Notes: generated by a model from the letters alone, not told the origin. A stretch of DNA of 64,000 nucleotides from Camelus dromedarius (GCF_036321535.1 NC_087437.1:89964001-90028000); one strand, 5' to 3'; positions 13,044-28,418 are shown, counted from the stretch's first letter. Made by a program: numbers and translations.

Positions 13044-15664
13044 GTGCTTTTATACTACCTTTGCAATAAAAAGTCTTAAAAATTGTTTACCAAGCATATT
13101 AAAATTAATAATTTATCATCTACTTGAACAACTTGTAGATTCGCTTGTTTATCTAACTATGATTTCTGACTCGTTACTTTTCATACTTTATTTGCTTGTT
13201 TATTTTTTCTTCAAAATATTACTGAGTAACTCTGAAATAACAACTGCAAATTAAACACCATGGTTTAAAATACATCTTAACCAGACTTCATACCTTAAAA
13301 CCTTCAGTTCACCTTTCTTTGAAGCCTAAATATTCATGGAGCTCACTAAGCATTTGCAGTGTCTAATGGTGTCTTTATTTGGCTCTACTTTTGTCTCGAA
13401 ATTGTCCAGGTAATTATCAGATCTCTGGGAAATAAAGACACGATAGCCCAGCTTTCCACATGTAAGCAGGTTTATTCTGCTCCAGGGATTATTGGGTAAG
13501 CTCTCAAGTGTTGCAGGGTTCAATTCTAAAATCTTCTTAAATTAAAAGTAATTTAACAATGGATTGTTTGTAATTTTGTTGCAACTATTAAATGCTGTTG
13601 CAATGACTAGATTTCTTGAAACATACTTTCTTCCTCACATATCCCTTCATTCTCTTGCTTCATAAATTCCTACTTACTCACAAGATCTTTACTGACTTCT
13701 TCAGGATTTGTTCTAATTCTTAGACATCTCTGCTTAGTAATTATGATAACAGATAATTATTTTTACTCATATAAGTTTCATCCTTTAATATTAGCTTCTT
13801 TCCTAAAAGGGATGTTATAGCTATTTGTTCACGGACCTACTGTTCAGTATGTCATATCTCTGTTGTTTGTTGATTGATCTAATGAATAAGAGAATGTGAA
13901 AATATTTTAAAAGAATATTCAAATGTAGATGTTAATTACTGCTGAAACAGATTTATATACAATGTAAACTCACATGATTGAAATCATTCCAGAAAAATAG
14001 ACATGTTCCTAAAAACTATGGGAAAAGAAATCATTAAAAAAGTAATCTATGGGAATACTCCAAAAAATGATAATTTATGTTCAATAGTCTCAACAAGTGA
14101 AAACAAACAAAAAACCCTAAAGCAATGCTGGATATGTTAATGTACTACTCTTTGAAACTGCATGCATATAGAAATCTATACCTTCATATATTGGAATGAA
14201 TCTACATATAATAGTAATAATGATAGCTAACATATTCAGAGCATTTAGTATTTGCCAAATCTTGTTCTAAACTACTTTACATGTACTAACTCACTCAATT
14301 CTCACAAACAAAATTTGATACTAACTCAAGGCTATCATAAACAAAAATTTACACAGCACTTTGCAAGATTTTTGTAATTGGATTTGCTATGCATTATAGT
14401 TTACCAAAAACGTAAATTTGTTAATGAAATAACATTTAAAAAGTCCTTTGACAATTTCCATTTATCAAAAGTCTTCTATTTGACACCAAAAAAGACAGCA
14501 AAAATAGGTCAATATTTAGGTCAATTATACCAAGACCCTCCCTGGAATAAATCATACCTATATTTGAAAAAGGAAATTTGATTAGTAATTTATTCAATGC
14601 TAATTAGTTTCTAGCCACAAGCCACCTTTACCACCCACGTCACCCCTGCATTCCAATACCTTAGGGTTAGTTCCAATCTTACTCTGAAAGTTGTTTAACC
14701 TAAAATGTCTTTAGGGGATAATTTTCTAACCACCTTTTAAATTACCACCCACAGTTTTCCACAAACTAAGACGCATTAGAAAAGTTCCTTTTTCTTTTTC
14801 CTTTTCTTAAATGGAACAAAGGAAATAGTAAAATGTAAGTGACACATGGCAATTTGATACTTCCTACTGGAGATAATGTTCTCCTACATATAATATGGAA
14901 AAATGTGTCTAAATTCTAAGTTGATGGCATTGTAGTAAACAATTAAAATTATTAAATGGGTCAATAAATTGTCTAAATTTCAAATCTTCCCAGTTTTAAA
15001 TAATATGAATGATCTTAATTCCAAATAACTGCTATAAACTGAAAAACTGATGGAACTGATTCTTTGTTGTCCTGAAAATTTTGATGTCAAAGCCATTGAC
15101 AATGACTTAGCTGAGTAGAAATATTTACCTATTTGAGGTATTTGTATACCAAGAAATCAGACTGATGACTTCCTCCCGTATGTATATATAAACATTCACA
15201 TACTACACAATGCATGTGTACACATAAAAACATGCACACAAACATATAAATGTATTTATGTAAACCAGAAAAATATACTGAGCCCCTTTTTTATTTGCAG
15301 AAGGCCATCAATTATTTTAAGTGTGTTTTATTAGGAAACTGGCTCTTATTTTATATTATTACTTTAATAATTTCAGTCACTAAAATTTTTTTGAGTCATA
15401 CTCCTTTTATTATATTTATCTTATAAAAATCTCATATGTATTGTAATTATATTATCTGTTAATTTCATTTTGCAAAGAAAGCATTACAAAATATTTGTTA
15501 CATAAAAGGTGTCTAGCATCTGATAGAGTTTTAACCACTGCCTTATTGTGACAATCAAATGGCCTAAAATATTTGAAAACACTTTGCCAGCAATAAAGAA
15601 TTACAAATTCTAGTTTTTACTAGATTTGTAGTGATATGACATCTCTTTCTCATTTTCTCCTTTA

Positions 15665-15800
15665 GGACAAAGGTGAGGCATTACTACCCCCATTTGACAG
15701 ATGTAGAGACTAAGGCAGCAAACAGGGAAGGGACTTGTCACCTAGTTAGAGAGAAATGAAGGAGAGTCATTTTAGCACCCAATCTCCTGACTACCAGCAA
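15665..15800. mobile_element. MIR SINE relic
   Basis: cccccatttgacagatgtagagactaaggc matches the MIR core. Confidence 0.6.
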
Positions 15801-18800
15801 TCAGTCTGCTGCCTTACCCAAAAAGGGTGACAACTGTGGATTTTTGAACAATTTTTCTAATACACAGATTTCTAGTCTTATGCTGTCAATTATGATGAGA
15901 TTTAGTCTCTGCTGGTTTCTTGGAGGTAGTCAAAATGTAATTAATATCAACAGCTATTTCCATTTTCACTTTCTGCATCCTTTGGCTTATGGCACTGCTT
16001 CAGTAACTCTGAGACTTAATTTTGCCATTATGTTCTCAAACTCAAAGTAAGTATAGTTACATGGAATAAATCAATAGCTATCTCACTCTATTTTCAAAAA
16101 CATGACTCTATCATTAAGCAATGGGGAGCCATAGAGTACACTGATTGAATTTACATTTTAGACAAGTTGGTCTAGCAGCTTTGTGGAAGGTGAATTTGCT
16201 AGTCAGACATGCCATCTAGGAGTTTACTGTCAGGCTCTAAACTAGGGCAGTGACAGTGGAATCAAACAGATGCGGGGTAAGGCAGAGAATAAGGGAAGAA
16301 TCCTACAGTCAGTGGATGCCTGGTATTCAGTAGGTTGCAAAGAATATACAGGGGGAAAAAAATAAGGATGAAGGTTTACAGAGAAGTTTTATATTTTAAA
16401 AGAATTAGGTTTCAAACACTATGCATTAAGCTAATGATTCAAACTTACTTGCTCAAATCAATCTAACTTTAATGTAAGTATCTTGCAAATTAGTTGTTTT
16501 AAATATTAGTGCAGGATTTAAGGTACTTGAAAATCATTTATTTGTGTATTCATTCATTCATTTATTCATTTAAGAAAATAAGACACAACTTGAAATTAGC
16601 TTAAAAAATTTACCAGCTCTGAACTTTAATATCTGACATTGTGTTTTAATGTTTAGAAAACTGTGGCTCTTAATTTGAAACATTTCACACTTAGTTAAAT
16701 TTTAAGATATTTTAAAATGTAAATTTCAAACACAAATAAATATAATGGAAATGTGTGAATGCCTTGACTTTATATTCACAGATGGGAGGGTATAAAGTTG
16801 GTATCAATAGCAATTGAAATTAGAAACTAATCACCACTAGTGTTAAATAAAGATGGCATAGAACAGAATATCTAATCTAACTTAATTGAAATTTAAATTC
16901 ATAGTATGCAAAAGAATAAGAATACAATCATCGTTTCCTCTTTTATCAGCACACGTAAGTAATATCGGGTTGCACAATCACATTCCATTGCAAAGTATCA
17001 TGATGCTATTTCATGAAGAATAGCTAGACAAAGCGATGCTGACGAATAAATTATGGTTTCAAGTGCTTGAACTGCATATAAATTTACCTTCTAGAAGGGC
17101 TCTTAAACAAAACAACTCTAAAGTCTTGATCTATTTAGAGTGTTACAAAAAACTGTATGGCCTTTGCCCTGTTTTTAACCTCATTTAACTCTCATTACAA
17201 AACATCTCTATTATACCACTATGAAAATCTATTTTAAAAGAAAACCCGGGGCCTACTCTCAAAGTGATACTGCACACAATCCATTTGATGCAATGGTAAA
17301 AGGTTTGCAGGGGATGAGTGGTGTGTCTTTTGATTGACCTTTTGGAATACACTCTTTTGTGCTGTTAGTTTTGTTTTAAAACACTACCTAATCATCAGTA
17401 CATCTGACAATACTGACTTCCTACCTGTCAGCACATGAAAGCTAAATGGAAAAAAAAAAATGAGGAGAGATTAATAAGGAAAGTTTGTATAAATCCTATA
17501 ATATTAGAGGAGAATTTTTCAGTGGAAAAGAGGACCTGATTTGGGAGACTGAATGGAACCTCTGTTTTTAAAACAGAACATATAGTTTTCTAAGAAATGT
17601 CTTCTATTTGTCTGATTTTACATAGAAATGTTTTTGAAAGAATTACAGCAGAATATTTAAGAAACTATTTTTTTAAAAAACAACAAAACAACCATAAAAA
17701 TAGGCTTTAATCTTCAATGCTAAATTTAAAATGTTTTTAATAGAAAATGTTTGAAAAATCATTGTCATTAAAATGCAGCTAAAAGGAACTAAAATTTGTA
17801 GTTAGTTTATAAATGATGAATCCACAATGTAAGCTGGAAAACCCGTTATAATCAGCAAAAAACAGAGAAACAATAACATTCAGATGGATTATATAAATTT
17901 CACTGTCTATATAGGAAGCTTAACAGTTCATTGATAGAGACAAATGTCTTCTCCTAGACTTGATATCTAGGAGAATTTTGTTACAATGGTCTTTATTTTG
18001 GTTAAATAACAATAGGATGTTGTTAGCAATTATGTTCCATTTGTTGTTGTCCCTTCTTGGGGGCTCTTGGTAAACACTAAAGGATTACTACATGAATAGA
18101 GATAAAATATTTTAAAACTTATATTGGGGAGAAAGCACAACTTTTAAAGAAAATGTGAGAATTTATATAGTACTGCCAACTCCTCAATTTGAGAAGTTAG
18201 AACATTAAATCCAAATGAATAAACAAACAAAAGAGCAATAACATACTGTTACTAACATTTTACAAAAGAAGACAGAACTTCCAAGAGATGAAATATGTGT
18301 TACACCAACAAATATATATGGGTATGTGTGCATAAAGTGTCTGTGTGTACACAGTGTGTGTGTGTGTGTATATGTATATATATGCGACTTCTCAGTTTTT
18401 AAGGTGGCTTTTGGGAAGAAGTGCTGTAAACTCATCTTTAAAAATATCTCTCAGATTCAGGGCTTTGACAGAACCTATCTGTAAAGAATTCATATTTGAT
18501 GCTTCCAGATTATTTTTTATTCTCAAATGAAGCTGTCATGCAGTTTTAATCTGGCAAGTACTTTCAACCATTTCTCAGCTATGGGGACTGTACATCTGCA
18601 GTTCTAAGATACTACCACCAGAGGCCAGTCTTGCCTATTTCGTCAGGCAAACAATAAATCAATAGAGATGATTTTCTTTACGAAAATCTTTTTATTGAAA
18701 AGATGTAAATTTACTGCTTATATAACTAGTTTTTACAATATATAAATTATGTTTAAAGTAAAATTGACCATCTGTGGGATACACTAGGAAATTCACATAA

Positions 18801-19419
18801 TTTATTTTCTCTAAAAAATTAATGCAATAACCATTTACTGAGCAATTTTTTGGCTAAGCACTTTCCACAAACTGTATTAAGACTTACAAAACCCTACAGG
18901 AAAAGTATCATTCTTATCACCATGTTATGAATAATGGAACTAAGGTTCAGAGAAATGTTCAGAGCTCTTCATAGACTTCTGCTTACATGTTATGTTGATT
19001 GCCACCTTTAGTCCTAAGCTCATGGTATGTTGAGTTACTTGCAGCTTGCTAAAAATCTTCATTACATATATTTGTGCATTCTATTTTAAAAATATATCTG
19101 TAATACATTTCCACTTGCAATCTCCCTTCCTTTCTTTTGCTCAACAGTTTACCTAACATCTTACTATACTACAAGTGTCAAATATTTTCTGTGGAAAAAA
19201 CCTAACCTGTACACATAAATAGGTTATGTTTTACAGAGTTCTTGTCAGCCATTTTTCCATAATAATATTATCAAGTATGCAATTACAGATAATCAATATA
19301 ATCTATCAGTATCATGTTAAAAGAAATATTCCATATTATCTCTTTTTATCCTGCATGAAAATCTACCAAACCATTTGATTATCAAACTATTAAGAATCAT
19401 TTTTAAAGGGTATGTTTTT

Positions 19420-21790
19420 GGCAAATCAAAGTCTCTTGCTTAAATGATTGTAATTGAAACTAGGTTAAGCAAAAAGGAAAAAAAAAAAAAACCTGAACTA
19501 TCAGAAAGAAATTAAGGAAACACTATCATTTACTATTGCATTAAAAGTAATAAAATAGCTTGGAAGTAAAAGACCTGTACTCAGAAAACTATAGAACACT
19601 TATGAAAGAAATTGAAGAGAACACAAACAGATGGAAATAAATATACTGTGTTCTCAGATTGGAAGAATGCTATTAAAATGGCCACACTACCCAAGGCAAT
19701 CTACAGATTCAATGTAACACATTAAATTGCCAATGGCATTTTTCACAGATCTAGAAAAAGTAATTTTAAAATTTGTATGGAAACATAAAGGATCCCAAAT
19801 AGCCAAAACAATCTTGAGAAAGAAGAATGGAGCTGGAGGAATCATGCTCCCTGACTTCAGACTATATCACAAAGCTACAATAGTCAAAACATCATGACAG
19901 TGGCACAAAAACAGACACAAAGATCAATGGAAAATGACTGAGACCAGAAATAAACCTACACACTTATGGTCAGTGAATCTATGACAAAGGAGGCAAGAAT
20001 ATACAGTGGAGAAAAGACAGTCTCTTCATTAAGTGGTGCTGGGAAAACTGGACAGCTACATGCAAAAGAAGAAAACTGGAACATTCTCTAATACTATAGA
20101 TAAAAATAAACTCAAAATGGATTAAAGACTTAGATGTAAGACTGGAAACCATAAACTGCTAGAGGAAAACACAGGCAGAACACTCTTTGACATAAATTGT
20201 GGCAATGTTTTTTGAATCTGTCTCCTAAAGCAAAGGAAATAAAAGCAAAAATAAACTAATGGGAATTGATTAAACTTAAAAGCTTTTGTACAGCAAAAGA
20301 AACCACTGACAGAATGAACAGACGATCTACCGAATGGGAGAAAATATTTGCAAATGATATGACTGATAAGGAGTTAATATCCAACATATATAAACAGCTC
20401 ATGTAACTCAATATAAAAAAAAAGTAACCTATCCAAAAAACAGGCAGAAGAAATGAATAGACATTTTTCTAAAGAAGAAATGCAGATAGCCAACAGGCAC
20501 ATGAAAAGATACTAAACATCACTAATCATCAGGGAAATGCAACCGAGAACCACAATGAGATTTCACCTCACACCTGTCAAAATGGCTATCATCAAAAAGA
20601 ACACAAGTAACAAATGTTGGCAAGGGTGTGGAGAAAGGGGAACCCTTGCACACTTTTGGTGGGAATATAAACTGATGTAGCTACTGTAGAAAACAATATG
20701 GAGGTTTCTCAAAAAATTGAAAATATAACTACCATATGAGTCAGCAATTCCATTCCTGGATATATATCCGAAATACCCCAAAACACTAATTTGAAAAGAT
20801 ACATGTACACCCAACGTTCATAGCAGAATTATTTACAATTGCCAAGCTACAGAGGCAATCTAAGTGTCCATCAATAGATGAATGGATAAAAATGTGAGAG
20901 ATATATACGTATTTATATATATACATACATACATATACTAGAATACTACTCAGTCATAAAAAGTGAAAATCTGCCATTTGCAGCAATATGGATGGACTTG
21001 GAGGGCATTATGCTAACTGAAATAAGTCAGACAAAGACAAATACTGTATAAATCACTGATATGTAGAATCTAAAAGTTACAACAAATTAGTGAATATAAC
21101 AAAAAGCAGACTCACAGATACAAAGAACAAACTAGTTGTTACCAGTGTAGAGGAGAGAATGGGGAAGGGGCAACTTGAAGGTAGGGATTAAGAGGTACAA
21201 ACTATTATGTACAAACTAATATGTATAAAAATAAGGATATATTATACAACACAGGGAATATATCCAATATCTTATAATAACTATAAATAGAGTATAACCT
21301 ATAAAATTGTGAATCATTCTTTTGTACACCTATAATATATAATGTTGTACATCAACTATACTTTGACACTTTTTTTTTAAGAAACCCTTCTTATTGGTAT
21401 GTGTAAGTGGAAATTACAGGAGTAGTCTCATTAAAAGCTGGCTGGATCCAGACATCCATACCTCTTTCTTCACCACCATCTGTATTTCATACTCAGCCTG
21501 ACACTGGCAGGGCCAGAAGGGCCATAAACTAATAAAGAGTTAAATACCCTTACAGAAGGTGATTTTAAAAATAGAAGAGAAATATGCTCACTCTCTCAGC
21601 ATCCATTTCATCTCAATGAGGGACTCCAATCCCGCTTGGATAATAGGTCTTCCTTCTGGAGAAAAGGATGAGGTTCTATGACTGGCTAGGGCAGGGCCAC
21701 TTGTCCCTTCCTCCGACTAGAGAGTGCACAAAGTACAATAAAGAACAATTTCATCAGAAACACGTGGATTGGGTGAGAGGAGAAATTTTC
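19420..21790 (-). mobile_element. Old MLT1 (J/K/L-like) LTR split by the L1 at 19492-21365
   Basis: Left piece gaaactaggttaagcaaaaagg (about 19457-19477) and right piece ttattggtatgtgtaagtggaaattacaggagtag...ggctggatccag (about 21390-21450) join into a recalled antisense MLT1 motif. Confidence 0.5.
19492..21365 (+). mobile_element. 5'-truncated LINE-1 (ORF2 C-terminal region plus 3' UTR), degenerate
   Basis: Canonical L1 ORF2 nucleotide motifs (ctacccaaggcaatctacagattcaatg; ctccctgacttcagactata; aaacttaaaagcttttgtacagcaaaagaaacc; atggatggacttggagggcattatgctaactgaaataagtcagaca) and 3' end tgtacatcaactatact. Multiple stops and frameshifts. Confidence 0.95.
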
Positions 21791-24700
21791 CAATGCATAG
21801 ATGGGGCTTCTAATATAAAAAAGAAGAAATACCTATTCTAGATGCATAGCCAAAGGAATATATCATGCAATACAGGATTTCATGTTGATTTTCTACACAT
21901 TTTACGACATTGGAATTTTTGCTTAACATGGATCCATATGAATATTTCTATGATGCTAAAAGAGATAAAACAACTAAGTTCGTGAAGGTTAGCAATGCCA
22001 TAGGAAGCTGAGCAGATTGTGGGTCTGTACCTGATTCAGCCAGAGGATACTTTTTGCAGATGATCCTGCCCTGGAGACAACAGGAACACAATCTTGTAAC
22101 TATGTATCATTTTACAGAATTGGAACAGTGTAATGGACTGATGATAAGTGGACTGAAAATGGAGAGAATAAACCAAGTTGCTACAGGCAAAGTACATTTG
22201 CAGACTAAAATCCTCATTAGCAGCACAAAACCAGAAGCCAAAACTTTGCTGCCTTAGCAGCACCCCAGTCAAGGATGCACTAATTAGATAAGGAGATAAA
22301 CTGTGTTGCTAAAGCCAGCCCATCCTTTGTTTATGATCAGGCACTGAGTGACAGCAGTAATCATCAAGATCCAAATTCCAGTCAACACGGATAAAGAGCA
22401 AGGGGATGTCTTAGACTAAAACACTTGCCAGAACCAAGGACCAGTAAGACGGGCTTTGCTTGAACTTTAACCGAACAAAGTCTGGCCTTACACAGATGAG
22501 GACATCAGGTAAAGTGAAGTGGAGGGATGCACAGAACGATAAAGTGATTATTTCCTGGATATATTAGAGCATAATCAGGAATAGCCCATCAGACTATGGA
22601 CAGCGAAGAACAGCAGAAGCTGAATTTTAGAACTATCACTTAATTCATACGCAAATCACTACAGTAGGTTCTCAACTGGTATCAGTGATGTGGCAGAGGA
22701 TTGTGGGGACTGGGCACTCAGCAGAAATGTCATAAAGACCAGTACAGTAAAATGACTTGACATTAGTAGTGAGAAAGATTCTACAAAGGGTAAAGCAGGG
22801 AACAAGATCAGATCAACTTGTAGTGTCAGCAAGCCATTGTGAATGTCATAGTTTCATTTTAGGTATCTTAGATCTGGACCCTAATCTGGCTACTCAATTC
22901 AATGGACAAAATATGGACAGGAAAAATTACCTTCCTGAGAACACATATTTTTGCAAGATAAACCTGGATTAAAATTCAAGAGATTTCTAATCTTTCACTG
23001 TATGGTTATAGGTAACAGAAATATAGTCACTGAAAGCACACATTTTTCTACATTATATTGTTACTGACATTTGAATCTTGAATTAAACTATATTTCTGTC
23101 TGAAGACAATAATAACTTTCCCATTTCTAGCAATGAGATCTGTTTGATTAAAATATTTTATTTACTGGTCATTGCATTTTATGTATACTCTTTTAGAGCA
23201 CTATGTACACGCATTTAAGTGTATGTGTGTCTGTATGTATAGACTTTAAAAAGCTATTTTAATTCATATATTTCATATAAACTTTGTAACATGAAAATTC
23301 ACAGCAAGTTTTCGATTAGAGCTCTGGTAAGCTAGCTTGTTATTAGTTACATGACAGATTGGGAAGTTGGCCTTATGTTTGACATGTGCAATATCAGAGC
23401 TCATTACATACTATGAGTAGACTTTGTCTCAAGTCCATGCCTTTCATGACATTAGGTTAAGGAGGGCTGATGACTGTATTACAGGAGTTCAACACTACCT
23501 GGAAAACAGACCTCTTTCACAAAATAGTCACCAACTTGCCCATCAATGCCACAAACTCATTTAACAAAAGATACAATCTATCAACAACTAGAGGTAAGAA
23601 TTACCTTAACATCCTTGAGTGAGACAACATATTAAATTCTCAATAAAGCATGAGAAAAGTTATCTTAGTCCACAGTGTGATGTAAGAATCCAATATGCTA
23701 TAGACATTTATCCGTAAGTAAAGGACATAGAAATATATATTCATAATCATTATTAACAAGAAAACTTAACTGATTTTTAAACCACCAATTTGTTACTTTT
23801 AATTTTTTTCTATTTTTCTTTAATGTTTAAACGCATACACACATACACATATTCCAAGTTAACATTTCCCAAATGAGTAGTGTAAAAAAAAATCAGCAGA
23901 AAAGAAAAAACTATTTGGAGAATTTTGTCATGTTTTCTTAACTGTAAGAGTCCAAGGTCATCATTCTATTTCATTAAGCTTTATAACTCAACCGAAGAAA
24001 GCCATTTTGAGGAAAGAAATTATATAAAATGAGAATACCTGGCATAAATTATTAACATCTTGAAAATACATTCATATGGATAATGTATTAGTTTAATGTT
24101 CTTACTTTGCAGATTCAAAGGCAAAAAATTAGAATTTTATGTCAAATGATGGTCTCTGTATAGAATCATTACTTCAGAATGGTACAAGCAGAAGTACAGA
24201 TAGCAACAGCCTATGTGCAGTAATGGGAACTCTGTTCTAGAGTAGCCTCTGAGCAGCTCCGTATATGAGCCCATACTTGACCATCAGCTTTGCATAACAA
24301 GGATAAGAAAAATAATGATCATACTGTTAATATTTAGTTATTCTTATAATAAAGTTAAAAAATAAAAAACAGGTAGTTCTTTAAAAATCTTAATTCAAGT
24401 TCCCCTTTTCTGAGCTGCAACTCTTACTTTTCAATAGCACTCCACAGCTGATTAGATTCTCACACAATCTCGGTAATACTTTCACTGGAAGATGGTGTAG
24501 AAGATAAATTATCAAGTAATCATTTACTCTCCTGAAACAAGTTCTATTGATTTTCAGATTTGTGGCAATAGATTCTATCTGTAATAGAAGAACCCAGAAT
24601 TCTGTATTTTTCCCTTAGATAATAAGACAACCATCTGTCATAATGTACAGTATATCCACTCACTGTGTTAGGTTATGTATTTTTCAATACTCTAATTTAA

Positions 24701-25094
24701 GTTTCAGAGTCAGTTTTTTTTTTAACTACCTATTTTTGTACTCACAAAAATTCTGTATGCCAGAAAAGAATTCATGTTAGAGCACGGGAGAACTTTAATA
24801 CTAGAATCTGTACATTAACTGCTTTGTGTCTATGAAAGTGAAACTAAACATACAATTACAGTTTGTACTGATGAAATCAATTAGTTCAGCTCCTTACAGG
24901 ATATGTCATTCCTTTTTTGAGTTTTGGTATTAATTTCTATTTATTAGGGTTTCATAAGTGTATTACTTGGGTTTCATAAACTATTTTCCCTGTAATTGTG
25001 GGATTCTCCCTGGTAGCCTCCATTTTCACGTGTAAGAACTATTAACCCATTTAGGCTTCTGTTGAGACTATAAAAATTCCCCAAGGTAAGTGCA

Positions 25095-25885
25095 ATAAAA
25101 GCAAACAAATGGGACTAAATCAGACTAAGAAGCTTTTTTCACAGTGAAGGAAACCACAGACAAAATGAAAAGGCAACTGAATAGAAGAAGATATTTGCAC
25201 ATATTTCCAATAAGGGGCTGATATCCAAAATACAAAAAGAACTCAAGTAATTCATTATCAAAAAAAAACCTCATTTAAAAATGGGCAGAGGACCTGACTA
25301 AATATTTTTCCAAAGACGACATACAGTGGGCCAATAAACACATGAAAAGGTACCCAACGTCACTAAATATCAGGGAAATGTAACTCAAAACCACAATGAG
25401 ATAACATAGCACAACTGTCAGACTGGCTGTTACCAAAAAGATAAGATACAAGTGTTGGTGAGGACATGGGGAAAAGGGAAACCTCATGCACTGCTGGAAG
25501 GAATGTAAATTTGTGCAGCCACTGTAGAAAATAGTATGGAGGTTTCTCAAAAAAACACAAATAGGATTATAAAGTATAAAGTATAGCAATTCTATTTCTG
25601 GGTATTTATCGAAAAAAATAAAAACACTAATTTAAAAAGATATATGTACCGTTTTGTTCACTGCAGTACTATTTACAATAGCCAAGATATGGAAGCAACC
25701 TAAGTGTCCATCAATAGATGAATGGATAAAGATGTGTGTGTGTGTGTGTGTGTGCGCGTGTGTAAACACATACAATGGAATATTACTCAGCCACAAAAAG
25801 AGTGAAATATTGCCATTTGCAGCAAAATGGACAAACCTGGAGAGTATTAAGCTAAATGAAATAATTGTGACAGAGAAAGACACTT
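25095..25885 (+). mobile_element. LINE-1 ORF2 3' fragment with internal (TG)n expansion
   Basis: aaatgggactaaatcagactaagaagc...; gccaagatatggaagcaacctaagtgtccatcaatagatgaatggataaag. ORF 25654-25902 translates to L1 ORF2 C-terminus-like MFTAVLFTIAKIWKQPKCPSIDEWIK. (TG)n at about 25733-25763. Confidence 0.93.
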
Positions 25886-27237
25886 CAGATATCCTTCAAT
25901 GATTGAATGATTAAGCACACTGTAATATATATTCTTACCATGGAATACTACTCAGTGATCAAAAGGAATAGTTTATCAAATGATACTGCATAGATCACTT
26001 GAAAGTACCAGAAGTTTACAACACTTACTTCAACTGAAGTAAACACAAAAATTCAACACATTTCAATTCTAATACACTGAATAGATTTTCCAAATTTTGA
26101 GTTATTAAGGTGAGGTGATGTTATATCTGATTCTCGCTATTGCCTGACAGTTACAGAAAGTCTCAGCCTAGCACACATGCTGAATCACACATGCTGAATC
26201 TCTGCTTGCAGAGTACTTTTCTGATCACTGTCTTGGTTCAAAGCAGAAACAGTGCTCAACAAGGCATTTTATTTGTTTGAGGCTGGGATTAACTGAATAA
26301 TATATTCTGTAAATTGACTGTCCTGCTTAAGTATTAGAACACTTTTAGAAAGAACTTTAAAAGTCCATATTCTCCTCAATCATTACACACAAAAATAATG
26401 TAAAGCAGTATCTTACTATGAGATAGTTTCATTTATTAATAAGTTTTCAGTATTTTCTAGAAATAAATGTTTTATTTAAAGAGAAATGAAGAAATGTGTT
26501 CATACTGACCCAAATAAGGGAGATCAGGTTACATACATTCAACTCTAAATATAATAAATAATTGTTCAAATCAACTTCTACAGTGAAAAGCAATGCTTCT
26601 GAGATTTACTTATTATTTTATAATTTTACATTTCTGTAGTTGATATTTTAAAATATGTTTCTAGTTGCTTGCATTTTACCTAAGTTATTTTTCACTTGCC
26701 TGTAGATTGTCTGGATCTTAGTTTAAATAAGACTTAAAATATACTGTTAGGGTGAAATCATGCATACATTCAATGGACAGATTATTTTTATTGTGGGTGA
26801 AAGACCGTAGAGTTTTTTTTTTTCATAACTTAAAATATACTTCAAGGGTATTAGATAGGTTAGTAAACTGGTTCTTAGTTTTTAAGTCTGAAACTTCATC
26901 ACCTGCCTTTGAAATATCTAAATAAAATGCATCATTTCTTGTTTTGTATTCTTATTACTAATGTTTTGATGAGAACTCATGTAGAATCTGTTTTTAAAAA
27001 AAATCCTTGGAACTAAATGCAAAGTTTTTTGCTATGTATATTTAAGGATTTATTGGCCATTTGCAAAATTAAAATTTGGAATATTTTATCAAGCAATAAT
27101 TCTGATTAGTTAACAATATGAAGTATTAAGCAATATTTTTTTAAAAAGCATTGGAGAGTTACTAGCATTCAAATATTATTATACAACTCAAGTGAGACTT
27201 GGAGAGACATGGTTGGCTACAGCCAGCCAGCACTTCC

Positions 27238-27720
27238 TTTTTTTTTTTTTTTAAGTTGAAGTATAGTCAGTTTACAATGTCGTATCGATTTCTGGTGTAC
27301 AGCATAGTGTTTCAGTCATACATATACATACATATATTCATTTTCATATTCTTTTTCATCATAGGTTGCTACAAGATATTGAGTACAGTTCTCTGTGCTA
27401 TACAGTATAAATTTATTGTTCATCTGTTTTATATATAGTAGTTAGTATCTGCACATCTCAAACTCCCAATTTATCCTTTCCCATCCTTTTACCCTCTGGT
27501 TACCATAAGTTTGTTTTCTATGTCTGTGACTCTGTTCCTGTTTTGTAAATAAGCTTATTTGTGTCTTTTTTGAGATTCCACATATAAGTTATATCATATA
27601 GTATTTTTCTTTCTCTTTCTGGTTTACTTCACTTAGAATGACAATAACCAGGTCCATCCATGTTGCAGCAAATGGCATGATTTTATTTTCATGGCTGAGT
27701 AGTATCGAATCATATTCCAT
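27238..27720 (-). mobile_element. LINE-1 3' end with poly(A) tail (T-run on + strand)
   Basis: T-run, then aagttgaagtatagtcagtttacaatg...gattccacatataagt...acttcacttagaatgaca...ggtccatccatgttgcagcaaatggc, typical of artiodactyl L1 3' UTRs. Confidence 0.9.
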
Positions 27721-28418
27721 ACTATACATTTTTGTGGACATTCAAATACTTATTTATAAACAAGTTGGAATCCCTAAGCCAAAAAAAAAAAAAAGCATTA
27801 GTTTAAAAAAAAGATGAAAGTTTTGGGGAATTATTTAAATGTAAAATAATTCTAAAAAATATTTAACTTTAATTATCCCTATCTTAGAGCTAAGAAGAGT
27901 TGTATTTTCCAAGTTTGCACACCTAATAAGTGGTAATTTAAAATGTGCTTTTTTTTCTGTTTAAGGAGAATATAGATATGATTCACAAAGAGATATGGAT
28001 ATTTCTTAAATTTAGAACTTTTTTAGGGTAGAAAATTTGGCATACATCAAATGCAATGAGTTTACACTAAAAATAAACAGTTCTGTGCTCTAAAATGGTT
28101 TCATTTATTTCATTAATAATTGCCATAATTTATAAGTCTAAAAGGTACCCTGAAGATGTAACATTCCTGCAGCAGACACTATTAGCAAATGTCACACTGC
28201 AGTGTTCTTCATATATAAACAGAAGCCTCAGGAGACAAAGATGAAACTTCTTACATGAAAGATTATGCACTCTAAATGTCAGTCTCTTAAAATACTCTAA
28301 ACCCTTCTTAAAGATAGTTAATGCAAATAGCCTAAAATGTGCTTCAAGTTATATTTCAAAGTATTTTTTTTCCTAGACAAACTGGTTGCCAGAAACATGA
28401 ACAATTGTTTCACTTATA

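Noticed and set aside
15640..15680. Apparent 7-nt micro-exon (ctcctttag|gacaaag|gtgagg)
   Set aside because: It lies at the edge of a MIR relic, is not frame-preserving, and no host gene is evident.
20563..25902. ORFs at 20563-20814, 25275-25589, 25363-25560, 25632-25883 and 25654-25902
   Set aside because: Sense or antisense translations of decayed L1 ORF2, not genes.
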